This document shows positions 1 through 10,293 of a DNA stretch of 64,000 nucleotides, one piece after another. How positions within the stretch are numbered: the first letter of the stretch is position 1; each line of letters opens with the position of its first letter. Made by a program: the position numbers and the translations under genes. The notes under the pieces were generated by a model. It was not told where the DNA came from, did no database searches, and worked only from the letters and a program-made list of their open reading frames with translations. The DNA lies in assembly GCA_030017615.1 (NCBI GenBank), contig JASEIG010000002.1:11980-75979 (forward strand), given 5' to 3'. The stretch is from Patescibacteria group bacterium (GTDB lineage Bacteria; Patescibacteriota; Minisyncoccia; UBA6257; UBA9933).

Positions 1-1
1 A

Positions 2-379
2 TTAAACAAAATTAAAAACGCGCAGATGGCGGGAAAAGAAAATTTAAAAATTTTGTATTCTAAAAACGATGAGCATGTTCTGGATATTTTGGCAAATTAT
101 AAATTTATCAAGCATTTTGAAAAAAAAGGCAGAGGCGTGAAAAAATATTTAGATATCAAACTTAACTACCACGTTCACAATCATATTAAAAAAGGCGCCA
201 TTGAAGGGATAAAAATTTTAAGCAATCCCGGCCGTCATCTTTACGTTGGATATGCGAACATTAGGCCAATAAAAAGCGGGTATGGGCTTTTAGTATTGTC
301 CACACCCGAAGGTATAATGGTCGGGAAAGAAGCCAAAAGAAAAAAAATAGGAGGAGAATTAATGTTTGAAATATGGTAA
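2..379 (+). CDS. rpsH: 30S ribosomal protein S8 (5'-partial, starts before window)
   Basis: Open frame from base 2 (LNKIKNAQMA...); C-terminal S8 motifs SNPGRHLY, GYGLLVLSTPEG, KIGGELMFEIW; precedes rplF. Confidence 0.95.
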   Translation, partial: LNKIKNAQMAGKENLKILYSKNDEHVLDILANYKFIKHFEKKGRGVKKYLDIKLNYHVHNHIKKGAIEGIKILSNPGRHLYVGYANIRPIKSGYGLLVLSTPEGIMVGKEAKRKKIGGELMFEIW

Positions 380-479
380 TAAAGTAATCACCAACACACA
401 AATCAAACGCAAATACACAAATATACGAACTTCGCGTTATTAAAGTTATTAAATAAAAATTCGTATATTCGCGAATACC

Positions 480-1049
480 ATGAGTAAAATAGGAAAAAAA
501 CCGATTATAATACCAGAAGGCATAACTGTTGAAAAAAAAGACGGTGTTTTGGAAATTAAAAAAGAAAATCAGATTTTAATTGTGAACGCGCTTCCTTACA
601 TTGTTATTGAATTTACAGCCATTAAAGAAGATGATAAGTCAAAAAACGCGGTTGTTTTTAAGCCAAACAGTAATTTAAAGCAGGCAACCGCAAATTGGGG
701 CACAATAAGAGCGTTAACGCAAAACGCGATCGACGGCCTTACGAAAGGATTTATTAAAAAATTGGAAATCGAAGGAATAGGATATAGGGCAAACATAGAA
801 GGGGAAAATTTAATTTTAAATATCGGATATTCACATCCCGTAAAATATATTCCCAAAAAAGGAATTAAAATTTCCATTGAAAAAAATGTAATTATAATTT
901 CAGGAAATGAAAAGGCGTTAGTGGGACAAACCGCCGCTGAAATCAGGGCGATTAAAAAACCGGAACCCTATAAAGGAAAGGGAATTAGATATCAGGGTGA
1001 AATAATTAAAAAGAAAGCCGGGAAAAAAGCCGGAACGGCAATAAAGTAA
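480..1049 (+). CDS. rplF: 50S ribosomal protein L6
   Basis: MSKIGKKPI start, GIGYRA, GYSHP, PEPYKGKGIRY motifs. Confidence 0.98.
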   Translation: MSKIGKKPIIIPEGITVEKKDGVLEIKKENQILIVNALPYIVIEFTAIKEDDKSKNAVVFKPNSNLKQATANWGTIRALTQNAIDGLTKGFIKKLEIEGIGYRANIEGENLILNIGYSHPVKYIPKKGIKISIEKNVIIISGNEKALVGQTAAEIRAIKKPEPYKGKGIRYQGEIIKKKAGKKAGTAIK

Positions 1050-1089
1050 ATTTATAAAACATAAAACCTGAAACATAAAATAAAAACTG

Positions 1090-1461
1090 ATGAAAAAAGA
1101 TAAAATAAAAAATAAAATAACAGAAAGAAGAAAAAAAAGAGTTCGCTCTAAGATTTTAGGAACTCTGATAAAACCGCGACTCTCTATTTTTAGAAGCAAT
1201 AAATTTACTTATGCTCAACTCATAGACGATATTAACGGAAAAACATTAGCAAGCGTGTCAACCAGAAAAATATCGGGAAAAAATAAAAAAGAAACAGGGA
1301 AAGGGAAACAATCAATAGCGGAACAGTTGGGAGAATTAATTTTTAAAAAGGCCGCAGAAAAAAATATAACTTCAGCGGTTTTTGACAGAGGAAGTTATAA
1401 TTATCACGGTCGCGTAAAAGCAGTGGCTGAAAGCGCCAGAAAAGCGGGGTTAAAAATATAA
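1090..1461 (+). CDS. rplR: 50S ribosomal protein L18
   Basis: PRLSIFRSN, YAQLIDD, VFDRGSYNYHGRVKAVAE motifs; spc order. Confidence 0.98.
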   Translation: MKKDKIKNKITERRKKRVRSKILGTLIKPRLSIFRSNKFTYAQLIDDINGKTLASVSTRKISGKNKKETGKGKQSIAEQLGELIFKKAAEKNITSAVFDRGSYNYHGRVKAVAESARKAGLKI

Positions 1462-1472
1462 AACAATAAATT

Positions 1473-1991
1473 ATGGAAAGACACATTAGAATAAAATCGG
1501 AATATAAAGAAAAAGTGCTTGATTTAAGACGCGTAACACGCGTTGTTGCCGGAGGAAAAAGAATGAGCTTTAGAGCCACCGTTGTTGTGGGTGATGAAAA
1601 AGGAAAAGTCGGATTAGGTGTTTCAAAAGGGCTTGATGTGGCTCAAGCGGTTGATAAAGCGAAAACGAAAGCGAAAAAAAATATAGTTCATATTATTTTA
1701 AAAGGAAGAACTATTCCCCACGAAGTAAGGGCGAAATATAGCGCGGCTTCGGTTTTAATTAAGCCGGCCAAACTGGGGCATGGTCTTAAAGCGGGAGGAG
1801 CCGTTCGAAATATTTTACTGTTATGCGGAATTAAGGATGCCACCGCAAAAACGCTTGGCGCGACAAAAAATAAACTTACGACAGCTATGGCCGCGCTCAA
1901 CGCGTTAAAATCAATTAAATCCACGCCTGTTATGGAAAAAACAAAGCACGAAAAAATATCCGAGAAAGAAAAGGAAAAAGAAAATCAATAA
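1473..1991 (+). CDS. rpsE: 30S ribosomal protein S5
   Basis: RVTRVVAGGKRMSFRATVVVGD, TIPHEV, AGGAVR motifs. Confidence 0.98.
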   Translation: MERHIRIKSEYKEKVLDLRRVTRVVAGGKRMSFRATVVVGDEKGKVGLGVSKGLDVAQAVDKAKTKAKKNIVHIILKGRTIPHEVRAKYSAASVLIKPAKLGHGLKAGGAVRNILLLCGIKDATAKTLGATKNKLTTAMAALNALKSIKSTPVMEKTKHEKISEKEKEKENQ

Positions 1992-1992
1992 T

Positions 1993-2409
1993 ATGCAAAT
2001 ACATCAATTAAAATCAAAAAATGTCTCAAAACAAAAACGAGTGGGACGAGGGGGAAAAAGAGGGGCTTTTTCCGGACACGGGACTAAGGGACAAAAATCA
2101 AGAGCCGGACATAAAATCAGACCGGATGTCCGGGATTTGATTATCCGATTGCCGAAACTAAAGGGGTTTAAAAATAAACCTTTATTTGACAATCCGGTTG
2201 CGGTTAATCTTTTAGATATTGAAAAACGCATGAAAGAAAATTTTATTACTCTTGAATCATTGATAAAAAACGGATTAATCCGCAAATCTGAAAAAAATGT
2301 TAAAATTTTATCTAAGGGAGATATTAGCAAAGCTTTTAATTTTAAAGGATTGAAAGTTTCGCAAAAAGCAAAAGAAAAGATCGAAAAAGCCGGCGGGAAA
2401 GTAGAATAA
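1993..2409 (+). CDS. rplO: 50S ribosomal protein L15
   Basis: KRVGRGGKRG, GTKGQKSRAG, KIEKAGG; follows rpsE directly with no rpmD. Confidence 0.98.
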   Translation: MQIHQLKSKNVSKQKRVGRGGKRGAFSGHGTKGQKSRAGHKIRPDVRDLIIRLPKLKGFKNKPLFDNPVAVNLLDIEKRMKENFITLESLIKNGLIRKSEKNVKILSKGDISKAFNFKGLKVSQKAKEKIEKAGGKVE

Positions 2410-2488
2410 ACGGCGCCAATACGCGAATGCGCGCGAATTTACAAATCTTATTAGCGTCATTTGAATCAATTCGTAATCAGTATTTTAA

Positions 2489-3751
2489 ATGAATAAATTT
2501 CTTCAAATTTTTAAAATTAAGGATATTAGAACTAAAGTTTTAATAGTCGCCGGTTTATTGGTGGCGACGCGCGTTTTAGCCGCAATCCCGATTCCAGGAA
2601 TTGACGCTTTAAAATTAAAACAGTTTTTTGATACAAACCAGCTTTTTAATTTTTTGGGTTTAATGGCGGGCGGCGCTATGAGCAATCTTTCAATTGTGAT
2701 GCTTGCAATCGGGCCGTATATCACGGCGACGATTATTATGCAACTTCTAACAATGATCTTTCCGAAATTGAAAGAAATTTATTATGAAGAAGGCAGCGCC
2801 GGCCGGGCAAAATTTAACAGATATTCTCGTTTGCTTACCGTGCCGCTGGCGGCTTTGCAAGCGTACACTTTTTTAAATCTTCTGGCTTCGCAAGGGGTCC
2901 TTTCATATATGAATCGGTTTGACACGATTAGGGACGTTATAATTATTACCGCGGGTTCTATGGTAATGATGTGGTTGGGTGAAATTATCACCGAACAAAA
3001 AATAGGAAACGGAATTTCTCTGATAATTTTTGCCGGTATCGTGGCGCAATTGCCCGACACAATCGGAAGGATTATCAAAACTTATAACCCGTCCGAATTG
3101 CTTACTTATATCGCATTTGCGGCTGTTTCAGTTCTTGTTATCGCGGGTGTGGTGTATATAAATGAAGGTGAAAGAAAAATTCCTGTTTCATATGCAAAAC
3201 AGGTGAGAGGAAATAAAATGTACGGCGGGGTTTTAAGCTATCTCCCAATTAAAGTAAACCAAGCTGGAGTTATTCCGATAATTTTTGCGATTTCAGTTTT
3301 GCTTTTCCCGCAGTTTTTAGCTCAGGTAAGCGCGGTAATTTCCAAAGGTTTTTCGTTAAAATTAACCGGCTTTGTAACCGCCTTTTTAAATAATCAGTAT
3401 ATTTACACCATTATTTATTTTATACTGGTGGCGTTATTCACGTATTTTTATACCGCGGTTACTTTTGACCCAAGCGAAATTTCAAAAAATCTTCAAAGAT
3501 CGGGGGGTTTTATAACAGGAATAAGGCCGGGACAATCAACTACGCAATTTTTAGGGAAAATTATAAATAGAATTACTTTTTGGGGCGCGGTATTTTTGGG
3601 ATTAATCGCGATATTGCCGAATCTTTTGCGAATCATTACCGGAATTCCGGTTTTGACTATCGGAGGGACGGCGATCTTGATTGTGGTGTCGGTGGCTTTG
3701 GAAACTTTGAGACAAATTGACTCACAACTTGTTATCAGAGCGTATGAGTAA
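2489..3751 (+). CDS. secY: Preprotein translocase subunit SecY
   Basis: Multi-TM protein with IGPYITATIIMQLL, IGNGISLIIFAGI, QAGVIPIIFA, GIRPG, GGTAILIVV. Confidence 0.98.
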   Translation: MNKFLQIFKIKDIRTKVLIVAGLLVATRVLAAIPIPGIDALKLKQFFDTNQLFNFLGLMAGGAMSNLSIVMLAIGPYITATIIMQLLTMIFPKLKEIYYEEGSAGRAKFNRYSRLLTVPLAALQAYTFLNLLASQGVLSYMNRFDTIRDVIIITAGSMVMMWLGEIITEQKIGNGISLIIFAGIVAQLPDTIGRIIKTYNPSELLTYIAFAAVSVLVIAGVVYINEGERKIPVSYAKQVRGNKMYGGVLSYLPIKVNQAGVIPIIFAISVLLFPQFLAQVSAVISKGFSLKLTGFVTAFLNNQYIYTIIYFILVALFTYFYTAVTFDPSEISKNLQRSGGFITGIRPGQSTTQFLGKIINRITFWGAVFLGLIAILPNLLRIITGIPVLTIGGTAILIVVSVALETLRQIDSQLVIRAYE

Positions 3752-3798
3752 TTTAACTAATTAGCGAATTAGTAAATCAGAAAGAAAAGCAATTAATT

Positions 3799-3838
3799 AA
3801 ACCGGCACACTATCAAGCGTGATAGTGTGCCGGTTTTT
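3799..3838 (+). terminator. Intrinsic terminator after secY
   Basis: Perfect inverted repeat AAACCGGCACACTATCA-agcg-TGATAGTGTGCCGGTTT followed by T's. Confidence 0.8.
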
Positions 3839-3872
3839 GATTTTGAACAAAGTTGGTTTATAATTAATTTTA

Positions 3873-4589
3873 ATGAAAAAATTATCTAAAATCGCGATAA
3901 TAATTTACGGAGTGCCCGGATCGGGAAAAGGAACCCAAGCAAAACTTTTGGCGGATAAATTTGGTTTATTCCAGTTTGATACGGGAGATTACTTAAGAAA
4001 AATATTTAAAGACTTAAGGTTTAAAAAAAATAAAGAGATTCAGAAAGAAAAGAAATTAAACGAATTTGGAAAATTAAATTCTCCGGAATGGGTGTTGAAA
4101 ATTGTCAGCCAAAAAACAAAAGAATTGTCCGAAAACGGAGAATCGGTTGTTTTCAGCGGTTCGCCCAGAACTTTATTTGAAACTTTTGGAAATAATAAGA
4201 AAGCGGGATTAATGAAAATTTTAGAAAAAGAATATGGAAAAAATAATATCTATATTTTTGTGCTGGATATTCTGGAAGAAGAATCAATAAAACGCAATTC
4301 AAACAGATCGGTTTGCTCGATCTGCAAAACTCCGTTAATGGGCCAACAATTCCGACGCAAGGTTGGAATCAAAAATCAACAACCAAAAATTTGCCCTTTT
4401 TGCGGCGGGAAAATAGAACACAGAATTGACGATAAAAAAAATATTATTACGGCAAGATTGAAAGAATATCAAATAAGAACCCAGCCGATTTTCACTGAAC
4501 TTAAAAAGAAAAAATACAAAATTTTCCATATTGACGGGATGCCGTCCCCGTATAAAATTCACGAAAAAATAATTTCTTATTTTAAATGA
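3873..4589 (+). CDS. adk: Adenylate kinase (Zn-binding LID)
   Basis: P-loop GVPGSGKGTQA, GSPRT, LID CSIC...CPFC; located between secY and map. Confidence 0.93.
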   Translation: MKKLSKIAIIIYGVPGSGKGTQAKLLADKFGLFQFDTGDYLRKIFKDLRFKKNKEIQKEKKLNEFGKLNSPEWVLKIVSQKTKELSENGESVVFSGSPRTLFETFGNNKKAGLMKILEKEYGKNNIYIFVLDILEEESIKRNSNRSVCSICKTPLMGQQFRRKVGIKNQQPKICPFCGGKIEHRIDDKKNIITARLKEYQIRTQPIFTELKKKKYKIFHIDGMPSPYKIHEKIISYFK

Positions 4590-5347
4590 TAAATATTTAT
4601 TCCGAACAGGAAATAAAAGAAATCTCCAAATCGGGAAAAATATTAGCAGAGGTTTTTCAAATAATTAAAAAGGAAATAAAAACCGGGGTGAGCTTAAAAC
4701 AACTGGATGAAATCGCTTTTCAGATAACCAATGAATTAGGAGCTACATCTGCCTTTTTGGGTTATAAACCGGAGGGCGCCAGAGAACCTTATCAGGCTTC
4801 AATTTGCGCTTCGGTAAACAATGTTATAGTTCATGGGTTTCCGACAGATCGCAAGGTAAAATCAGGAGATATTTTGAAAATTGATTTTGGAGTTAATTAT
4901 AAGGGTTTTTATTCGGATGCGGCTTTTACGGCAATGGTCGGTAGAGCACCCAATGAATCGGCTAAAAACCTCGTTAAAGCCGCTCAAAAGGCATTAGAAC
5001 AGGCCATAAAGCGGATTAAGCCGGGAAATCATATAGGCGATATCGGAGCCGCCATAGAGGCTGTGGCAAAGAAATATAAAGTAAAAGTAATTAAAGGATT
5101 AACAGGACATGGAATTGGATATAAATTACACGAAGACCCGATTATTTATAATTATGGCAATAAAGGAGAAGGATTTAAGATTAAGGCAGGAATGGTTTTT
5201 GCGGTTGAACCGATGTTTGCTGAAAAATCAGAAGATATTATTCAACTAAAAGACGAAAGTTGGGCAACACGCGACGGCAGTTTATCCGCCCATTTTGAGC
5301 ACACGATAGCTGTCACAAGCGACGGAAGCAGGGTATTGACCTTGTAG
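4586..5347 (+). CDS. map: Methionine aminopeptidase type I
   Basis: ICASVNNVIVHG, IDFGV, DAAFT, TGHGIG, AVEPM, SAHFEHT. Confidence 0.97.
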   Translation: MINIYSEQEIKEISKSGKILAEVFQIIKKEIKTGVSLKQLDEIAFQITNELGATSAFLGYKPEGAREPYQASICASVNNVIVHGFPTDRKVKSGDILKIDFGVNYKGFYSDAAFTAMVGRAPNESAKNLVKAAQKALEQAIKRIKPGNHIGDIGAAIEAVAKKYKVKVIKGLTGHGIGYKLHEDPIIYNYGNKGEGFKIKAGMVFAVEPMFAEKSEDIIQLKDESWATRDGSLSAHFEHTIAVTSDGSRVLTL

Positions 5348-5433
5348 TAAAATTTAGTAAGCGGTTAAATAAAAATAAGGAGGATAAATTATTTGCCTTA
5401 AATTTTAAAATTTTGTTATAATTGCAAAAATCA

Positions 5434-6186
5434 ATGAAAAATTCCGTATATTTGTCGGTTATAATACCGGCTTACAACGAAGCAAAAAGAATATCTCTCA
5501 CATTAATTGATGTTAATAAGCACTTGTCAAAGGCAAATTTCACGTACGAAATTATTGTTGTTGATAATAATTCAAAAGACGCTACTAAGGAAATTGCTGA
5601 AAGATTTTCGCATATTATAAAAAATCTGCGGGTTATAGAATGTCCTATACAAGGAAAAGCGAATGCCGTAAAAATGGGAATGTTAAGCGCGAAAGGCGAT
5701 ATTCGCTTATTTACGGACGCCGATAATTCAACCTCAATAGACCAGGTTTACAAAATGTTTCCTTATTTTGAAAAAGGGTATAATATAGTGATTGGTTCGC
5801 GTGATGTTGAGGAAGCAAAACTTATTCCTTCGCAACCGTGGTATCGTCGCTTAGGAGGAAATATCGGAAATTTGGTTATCCAAGCTTTGCTCTTGCCGGG
5901 AATCTGGGATACGCAATGCGGATTTAAAGCTTTAACTGCGGAAGTTGCGGAAAAAATATTTTCTATGGCCAAAATAAGAGGTTGGGGTTTTGACGCGGAA
6001 ATTTTAGCTTTAGCCAAAACACTCGGCTATAAAATAAAAGAAATTCCGGTTGTTTGGGTAAACAGCCCATTTTCACACGTCAAAGCTTCGGCATACCTTG
6101 AAGTTTTGTGGGAAGTCTTTAAAATTAGGTGGTGGCTGACAACTAATCGTTATAAAATTAGAAAAGCGCGCGAAACCGTAAAATAA
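5434..6186 (+). CDS. GT2 glycosyltransferase (dolichyl-phosphate glucosyltransferase-like)
   Basis: LSVIIPAYNE, VVDNNSKD, FTDAD, DTQCGFK, WGFDAE; ATG at 5434 preferred. Confidence 0.9.
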   Translation: MKNSVYLSVIIPAYNEAKRISLTLIDVNKHLSKANFTYEIIVVDNNSKDATKEIAERFSHIIKNLRVIECPIQGKANAVKMGMLSAKGDIRLFTDADNSTSIDQVYKMFPYFEKGYNIVIGSRDVEEAKLIPSQPWYRRLGGNIGNLVIQALLLPGIWDTQCGFKALTAEVAEKIFSMAKIRGWGFDAEILALAKTLGYKIKEIPVVWVNSPFSHVKASAYLEVLWEVFKIRWWLTTNRYKIRKARETVK

Positions 6187-6269
6187 TCGGCATCGGCGGC
6201 AAAATGCCAAAATTGCAATTAATTGTCCAAACGGCTTCGGGTAGTTTTCAGTTTTGTAATTTCCGGATT

Positions 6270-6728
6270 GTGGCAAAACATTATTTAACAAAAGAAAAAT
6301 TTGAAGAATTTAAAAAAATTCTTGAGCAGTTAAAAACCGAGGGTAGAATGGAAATTGCCGACAGACTAAAAAAAGCGAAGGAATATGGAGACCTTTCGGA
6401 AAATGCCGAATATTCCGAAGCTAAAGAAGCTCAATCAAATATTGAAAATAAAATTATAGAGATTGAAAACATCATTAGAAACAGCGTGATTATAAAAAAA
6501 TCCGCCGGCGGTGCGACTGTTGAAATCGGCGCGACCGTCAAAGTTGAAAAAAACGGCAACGAGTTTGAATACACTATTACCGGTTCAAACGAAGCTGACC
6601 CGGAAAAAAATTTAATTTCAAACGAATCTCCTTTAGGCAGGGCGTTTTTGGGTAAAAAAGTCGGCGAAAAAATTGAAGTGGAAACCCCAAAGGGAAAACA
6701 AATCTATAAAATTTTGGAGATAAAATAG
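6270..6728 (+). CDS. greA: Transcription elongation factor GreA
   Basis: GDLSENAEYSEAKE, ISNESPLGRAFLG; GTG at 6270 gives typical length. Confidence 0.96.
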   Translation: MAKHYLTKEKFEEFKKILEQLKTEGRMEIADRLKKAKEYGDLSENAEYSEAKEAQSNIENKIIEIENIIRNSVIIKKSAGGATVEIGATVKVEKNGNEFEYTITGSNEADPEKNLISNESPLGRAFLGKKVGEKIEVETPKGKQIYKILEIK

Positions 6729-6761
6729 CCGAAATAAAATTCAATATTGCAAATTACAAAA

Positions 6762-8354
6762 ATGTTTTGGGGAGATAAATATGTCGGGGAAATAAAAAAA
6801 ATACACGAGAAAAAATTAGCGGCAGGCGAACCTTTGATAATTCGCGACGAAAAAACCGCTTCAGGTAAAGTCCATGTGGGGTCTTTGCGCGGCGTTGTAA
6901 TACACGGATTGATTTCCGAGATATTAAACGAGCAAGGCATAAAAAATAAATTTCTTTTTGAAATTAACGACTTTGACCCGATGGACGGATTACCGGTGTA
7001 TCTTGACGAGACAAAATTCAGGCCTCATATAGGCAAACCGCTCTGTAATGTCCCATCTCCTCAGGCAGGTGAAAAAGTAAAAAATTACGCGGAATATTTC
7101 GGCGAAGAATTTGCCGAAGTAATAAATAAAACGGGATTCAAACCGGAATTTTACAAATTAAGCGACCAATATAAAGCCGGAAAATTCAACGAACTTATAA
7201 AAATCGCGTTGGAAAACGCGGATAAAATTCGCCATATTTACAAAAAAATCTCCGGGTCGGAAAAAGGAAATGAATGGATGCCATTGCAGGTGATTTGCGA
7301 AAAATGCGGGAAAATAGGAACCACAAAAGTAATTTCTTTTGACGGAGAGATGGCTGAATATATTTGCGAACCGTCTATGGTTGAATGGGCGCAAGGTTGT
7401 GGGCGCCGCGGAAAAATTTCTCCGTTTAACGGAAACGCAAAACTGCCGTGGAAAGTGGAATGGGCGGCAAAATTTGTTGTATTTGGAGTGGATATTGAAG
7501 GCGCAGGGAAAGATCATTCCGGCAAAGGAGGTTCAAGAGAGATTGCGGATACGATTTGCAAAGAAATTTTTAATGCCAATCCGCCGTTTAATATACCCTA
7601 TGAATTTGTGCATATAAGCGGGGAAAAAATGTCGTCGTCAAAAGGCAGAGGCGCTTTTTCAAAAGATATTGCGGAATTGCTTCCGTTGGAAATGATACGT
7701 CTGCTTATGATTTCAAAAGATCCAAAAAAAGTGATTGATTTTGAACCGGAAAGCGATACCATCCCTGTTTTATACGACTTGAACGACAAAATCGCGGAAG
7801 TTTATTTTAATGGAATTAAAGATGATTATTTTCGGATGTTTGTTTTGTCGCGCGCGCCTGAACAAAGAAAAGATATTCAAAAAAGATTTTTGCCGAGATT
7901 TTCTCAAATCGCTTTTTTAGTTCAAATGCCGCATATGGACATATTTGAAATGATTGAAAAAATAAAAGGCGCGCCTTTGACGCAATTAGATAGGGAAGAG
8001 ATTGAATATCGCGTAAAATACGCGAAGTTTTGGCTCAACACCTACGCGCCCGAGGATTATAAATATGAACTTCAAGAAAACATTCCGCCAGCGGCAAAAA
8101 ACTTTTCCGAAAAACAAAAAGAAGCGCTCAAACTTATTTTGGATTACATAAAATCGCGGGATAAATTGGACGGACAAGAACTGCATACAAAATTCCATGA
8201 AATAAAAGAACAAACTCAAATAGAACCAAAAGAACTTTTTAGCGCTCTGTATTTAAGTATTTTAGGGAAAGAAAGCGGACCGAAAGCCGGTTGGTTTTTA
8301 AGCGTTTTGGATAAAAATTTTTTAATTGAAAGATTGAAGGAAATTATTAAATAA
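6762..8354 (+). CDS. lysS: Lysine--tRNA ligase, class I
   Basis: MFWGD start, TASGKVHVGSLRG (HIGH-like), KLPWKVEW, GKDH, KMSSSKG, SGPKAG. Confidence 0.95.
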   Translation: MFWGDKYVGEIKKIHEKKLAAGEPLIIRDEKTASGKVHVGSLRGVVIHGLISEILNEQGIKNKFLFEINDFDPMDGLPVYLDETKFRPHIGKPLCNVPSPQAGEKVKNYAEYFGEEFAEVINKTGFKPEFYKLSDQYKAGKFNELIKIALENADKIRHIYKKISGSEKGNEWMPLQVICEKCGKIGTTKVISFDGEMAEYICEPSMVEWAQGCGRRGKISPFNGNAKLPWKVEWAAKFVVFGVDIEGAGKDHSGKGGSREIADTICKEIFNANPPFNIPYEFVHISGEKMSSSKGRGAFSKDIAELLPLEMIRLLMISKDPKKVIDFEPESDTIPVLYDLNDKIAEVYFNGIKDDYFRMFVLSRAPEQRKDIQKRFLPRFSQIAFLVQMPHMDIFEMIEKIKGAPLTQLDREEIEYRVKYAKFWLNTYAPEDYKYELQENIPPAAKNFSEKQKEALKLILDYIKSRDKLDGQELHTKFHEIKEQTQIEPKELFSALYLSILGKESGPKAGWFLSVLDKNFLIERLKEIIK

Positions 8355-8447
8355 AATGGAACTTATTTTATAAAATCCGTTTTTATTTCAATCTGGCATT
8401 TTAAGCTACGTATTCTTGGTTTATATTGTATACTAACTACTACCCCA

Positions 8448-10226
8448 ATGAATTCTCCCGTTGAAGAAATTAAAAATCGCATAGATATTGTGGATTTTCT
8501 GCGGTTTTATGTTGAACTAAAACCGGCTGGCAAAAATTTTAAAGCCCGATGTCCGTTTCATAACGAAAAAACGCCGTCTTTTATGGTGTCGCCGGAAAGA
8601 CAAACATGGCATTGTTTCGGTTCGTGTTCCGAAGGCGGCGATATCTTTAAATTTTTAATGAAATTTGAAAATATTGAATTTTACGAAGCGTTAAAAATTT
8701 TGGCGGAAAAAGCCGGCGTGGAGTTGAAAAAAATCAGTCCGTCCGACCAGAAACAGTTTGGAATTTTATACGACATAAACGAAACCGCGAAAGATTATTT
8801 TAAACAGCGGCTCGCGCAAAACGAACGGCCGCAAAAATATCTGGACGAGCGAAAATTAAAAAAAGAAACTATTGAAGAATTTGAAATCGGGTTTGCCCCG
8901 CAAGCGTATGACGAGCTCACGTTATATTTAGTGAATCTCGGGTATGACGTGAAAGATATTGAACGCGCCGGTTTGAATTTTAAAAGCGAAAGAGGAAATT
9001 ATCTGGACAGGTTCAGGGGAAGAATAATGTTTCCCATTTACAACCATTTCGGGAAAACCGTGGGGTTTAGCGGAAGAATTCTGCCGGAACTTGATAATGG
9101 AGAAATGGGCAAATATATAAACAGCCCCGAAACGCCAATTTTCAATAAATCAAAAATTCTCTATGGCTTTCATAAATCAAAAAACTTTATTCGGGAAGAA
9201 AAAAATGTTTTTTTAGTGGAGGGACAGATGGATTTTTTAATGTGCTGGCAGGACGGAATTAAAAACGCGGCGGCGACTTCAGGAACCGCCCTAACCGGCG
9301 ACCACCTTAAAGCGTTAAAACGCATTGCGGACAACCTTATTTTTTCTTTTGATAATGACGAAGCGGGATTAAAAGCCGCTGAAAGGGCGATTGACTTGGC
9401 AAATAATATGGATTTCAATGTGAAAGTTTTACCGCTGAAAGAATTTAAAGACCCGGCGGAAGCGGTAATGAAAAAACCCAGTTTTTTGAAAAGCATTATA
9501 AAAGAAGCAAAGCTCGCGATGGAATTTTATTTTGACGCGTATTTAAAGAAAAATGAAAGTGGCGATTTTTCTGATGACAAAAAAAACATCAGGGCGGTTT
9601 TGGCAAAAGTGAAAAATATTTCCAGTCCTATAGAGCGAGCGCACTGGCTCTCGGAACTTGGCCATAAAGTAAACATTGATGAAAAAATTCTTGCGGAAGA
9701 AATGAACCAGATAAAACTTGCGCCGGAAGGACAAACACTAAACGAAGAAAATTTTAAAAAAATAAATATTCAAACCGTTGCGGGAAAAAATAGAGTGGAT
9801 ATGATTGCCAAAAGATTGATTATCTTAACTTTGGCAATCGGGCAAAAACTGTCTGATGAAAAAAAGTGTCGTCTTTTCGGTAATTTAAAAGAATCTATTC
9901 AATATCTGCCCGAAAAATATAAAGAGATATTTGAATTGACGGCAAACGAAAAAACATCGGATAAGCCCGAAATTTTAAACCTGATGGAATCTCTTTCGCT
10001 TCAATCCAGTATGGAAATTGAAAAGCTGAAATCGGACGATAAAGCGGAACGTGAATTTTTAGAACTTTTAAAACAGTTGGAATTTGAATATTTAAAAAAC
10101 GAATCGGAAAAAACCGCAAAAAAAATAAAAGAGGCGGAAAAAAAGGATGATAAAGAAAATCTTGAAATTGCCCTTAAACAATTTGACAAGATATCAAAAC
10201 TGCTACACAATAAACAAGAAAGTTAA
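8448..10226 (+). CDS. dnaG: DNA primase
   Basis: CPFHNEKTPSF zinc finger, FRGRIMFPI, KYINSPET, VEGQMD, FDNDEAG TOPRIM. Confidence 0.98.
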   Translation: MNSPVEEIKNRIDIVDFLRFYVELKPAGKNFKARCPFHNEKTPSFMVSPERQTWHCFGSCSEGGDIFKFLMKFENIEFYEALKILAEKAGVELKKISPSDQKQFGILYDINETAKDYFKQRLAQNERPQKYLDERKLKKETIEEFEIGFAPQAYDELTLYLVNLGYDVKDIERAGLNFKSERGNYLDRFRGRIMFPIYNHFGKTVGFSGRILPELDNGEMGKYINSPETPIFNKSKILYGFHKSKNFIREEKNVFLVEGQMDFLMCWQDGIKNAAATSGTALTGDHLKALKRIADNLIFSFDNDEAGLKAAERAIDLANNMDFNVKVLPLKEFKDPAEAVMKKPSFLKSIIKEAKLAMEFYFDAYLKKNESGDFSDDKKNIRAVLAKVKNISSPIERAHWLSELGHKVNIDEKILAEEMNQIKLAPEGQTLNEENFKKINIQTVAGKNRVDMIAKRLIILTLAIGQKLSDEKKCRLFGNLKESIQYLPEKYKEIFELTANEKTSDKPEILNLMESLSLQSSMEIEKLKSDDKAEREFLELLKQLEFEYLKNESEKTAKKIKEAEKKDDKENLEIALKQFDKISKLLHNKQES

Positions 10227-10293
10227 GTTTTATTAACACTCGCAAAACCCCGATAAAAGGGGGTTGTGTTTTGTTTAAAAAACACCTATTTAA

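Noticed and set aside
1991-1993. Missing rpmD (L30), class I LysRS and short AlaRS as novelties
   Set aside because: L30 loss is an established CPR trait and, to my knowledge, the other two are common in the group; used only for taxonomic inference.
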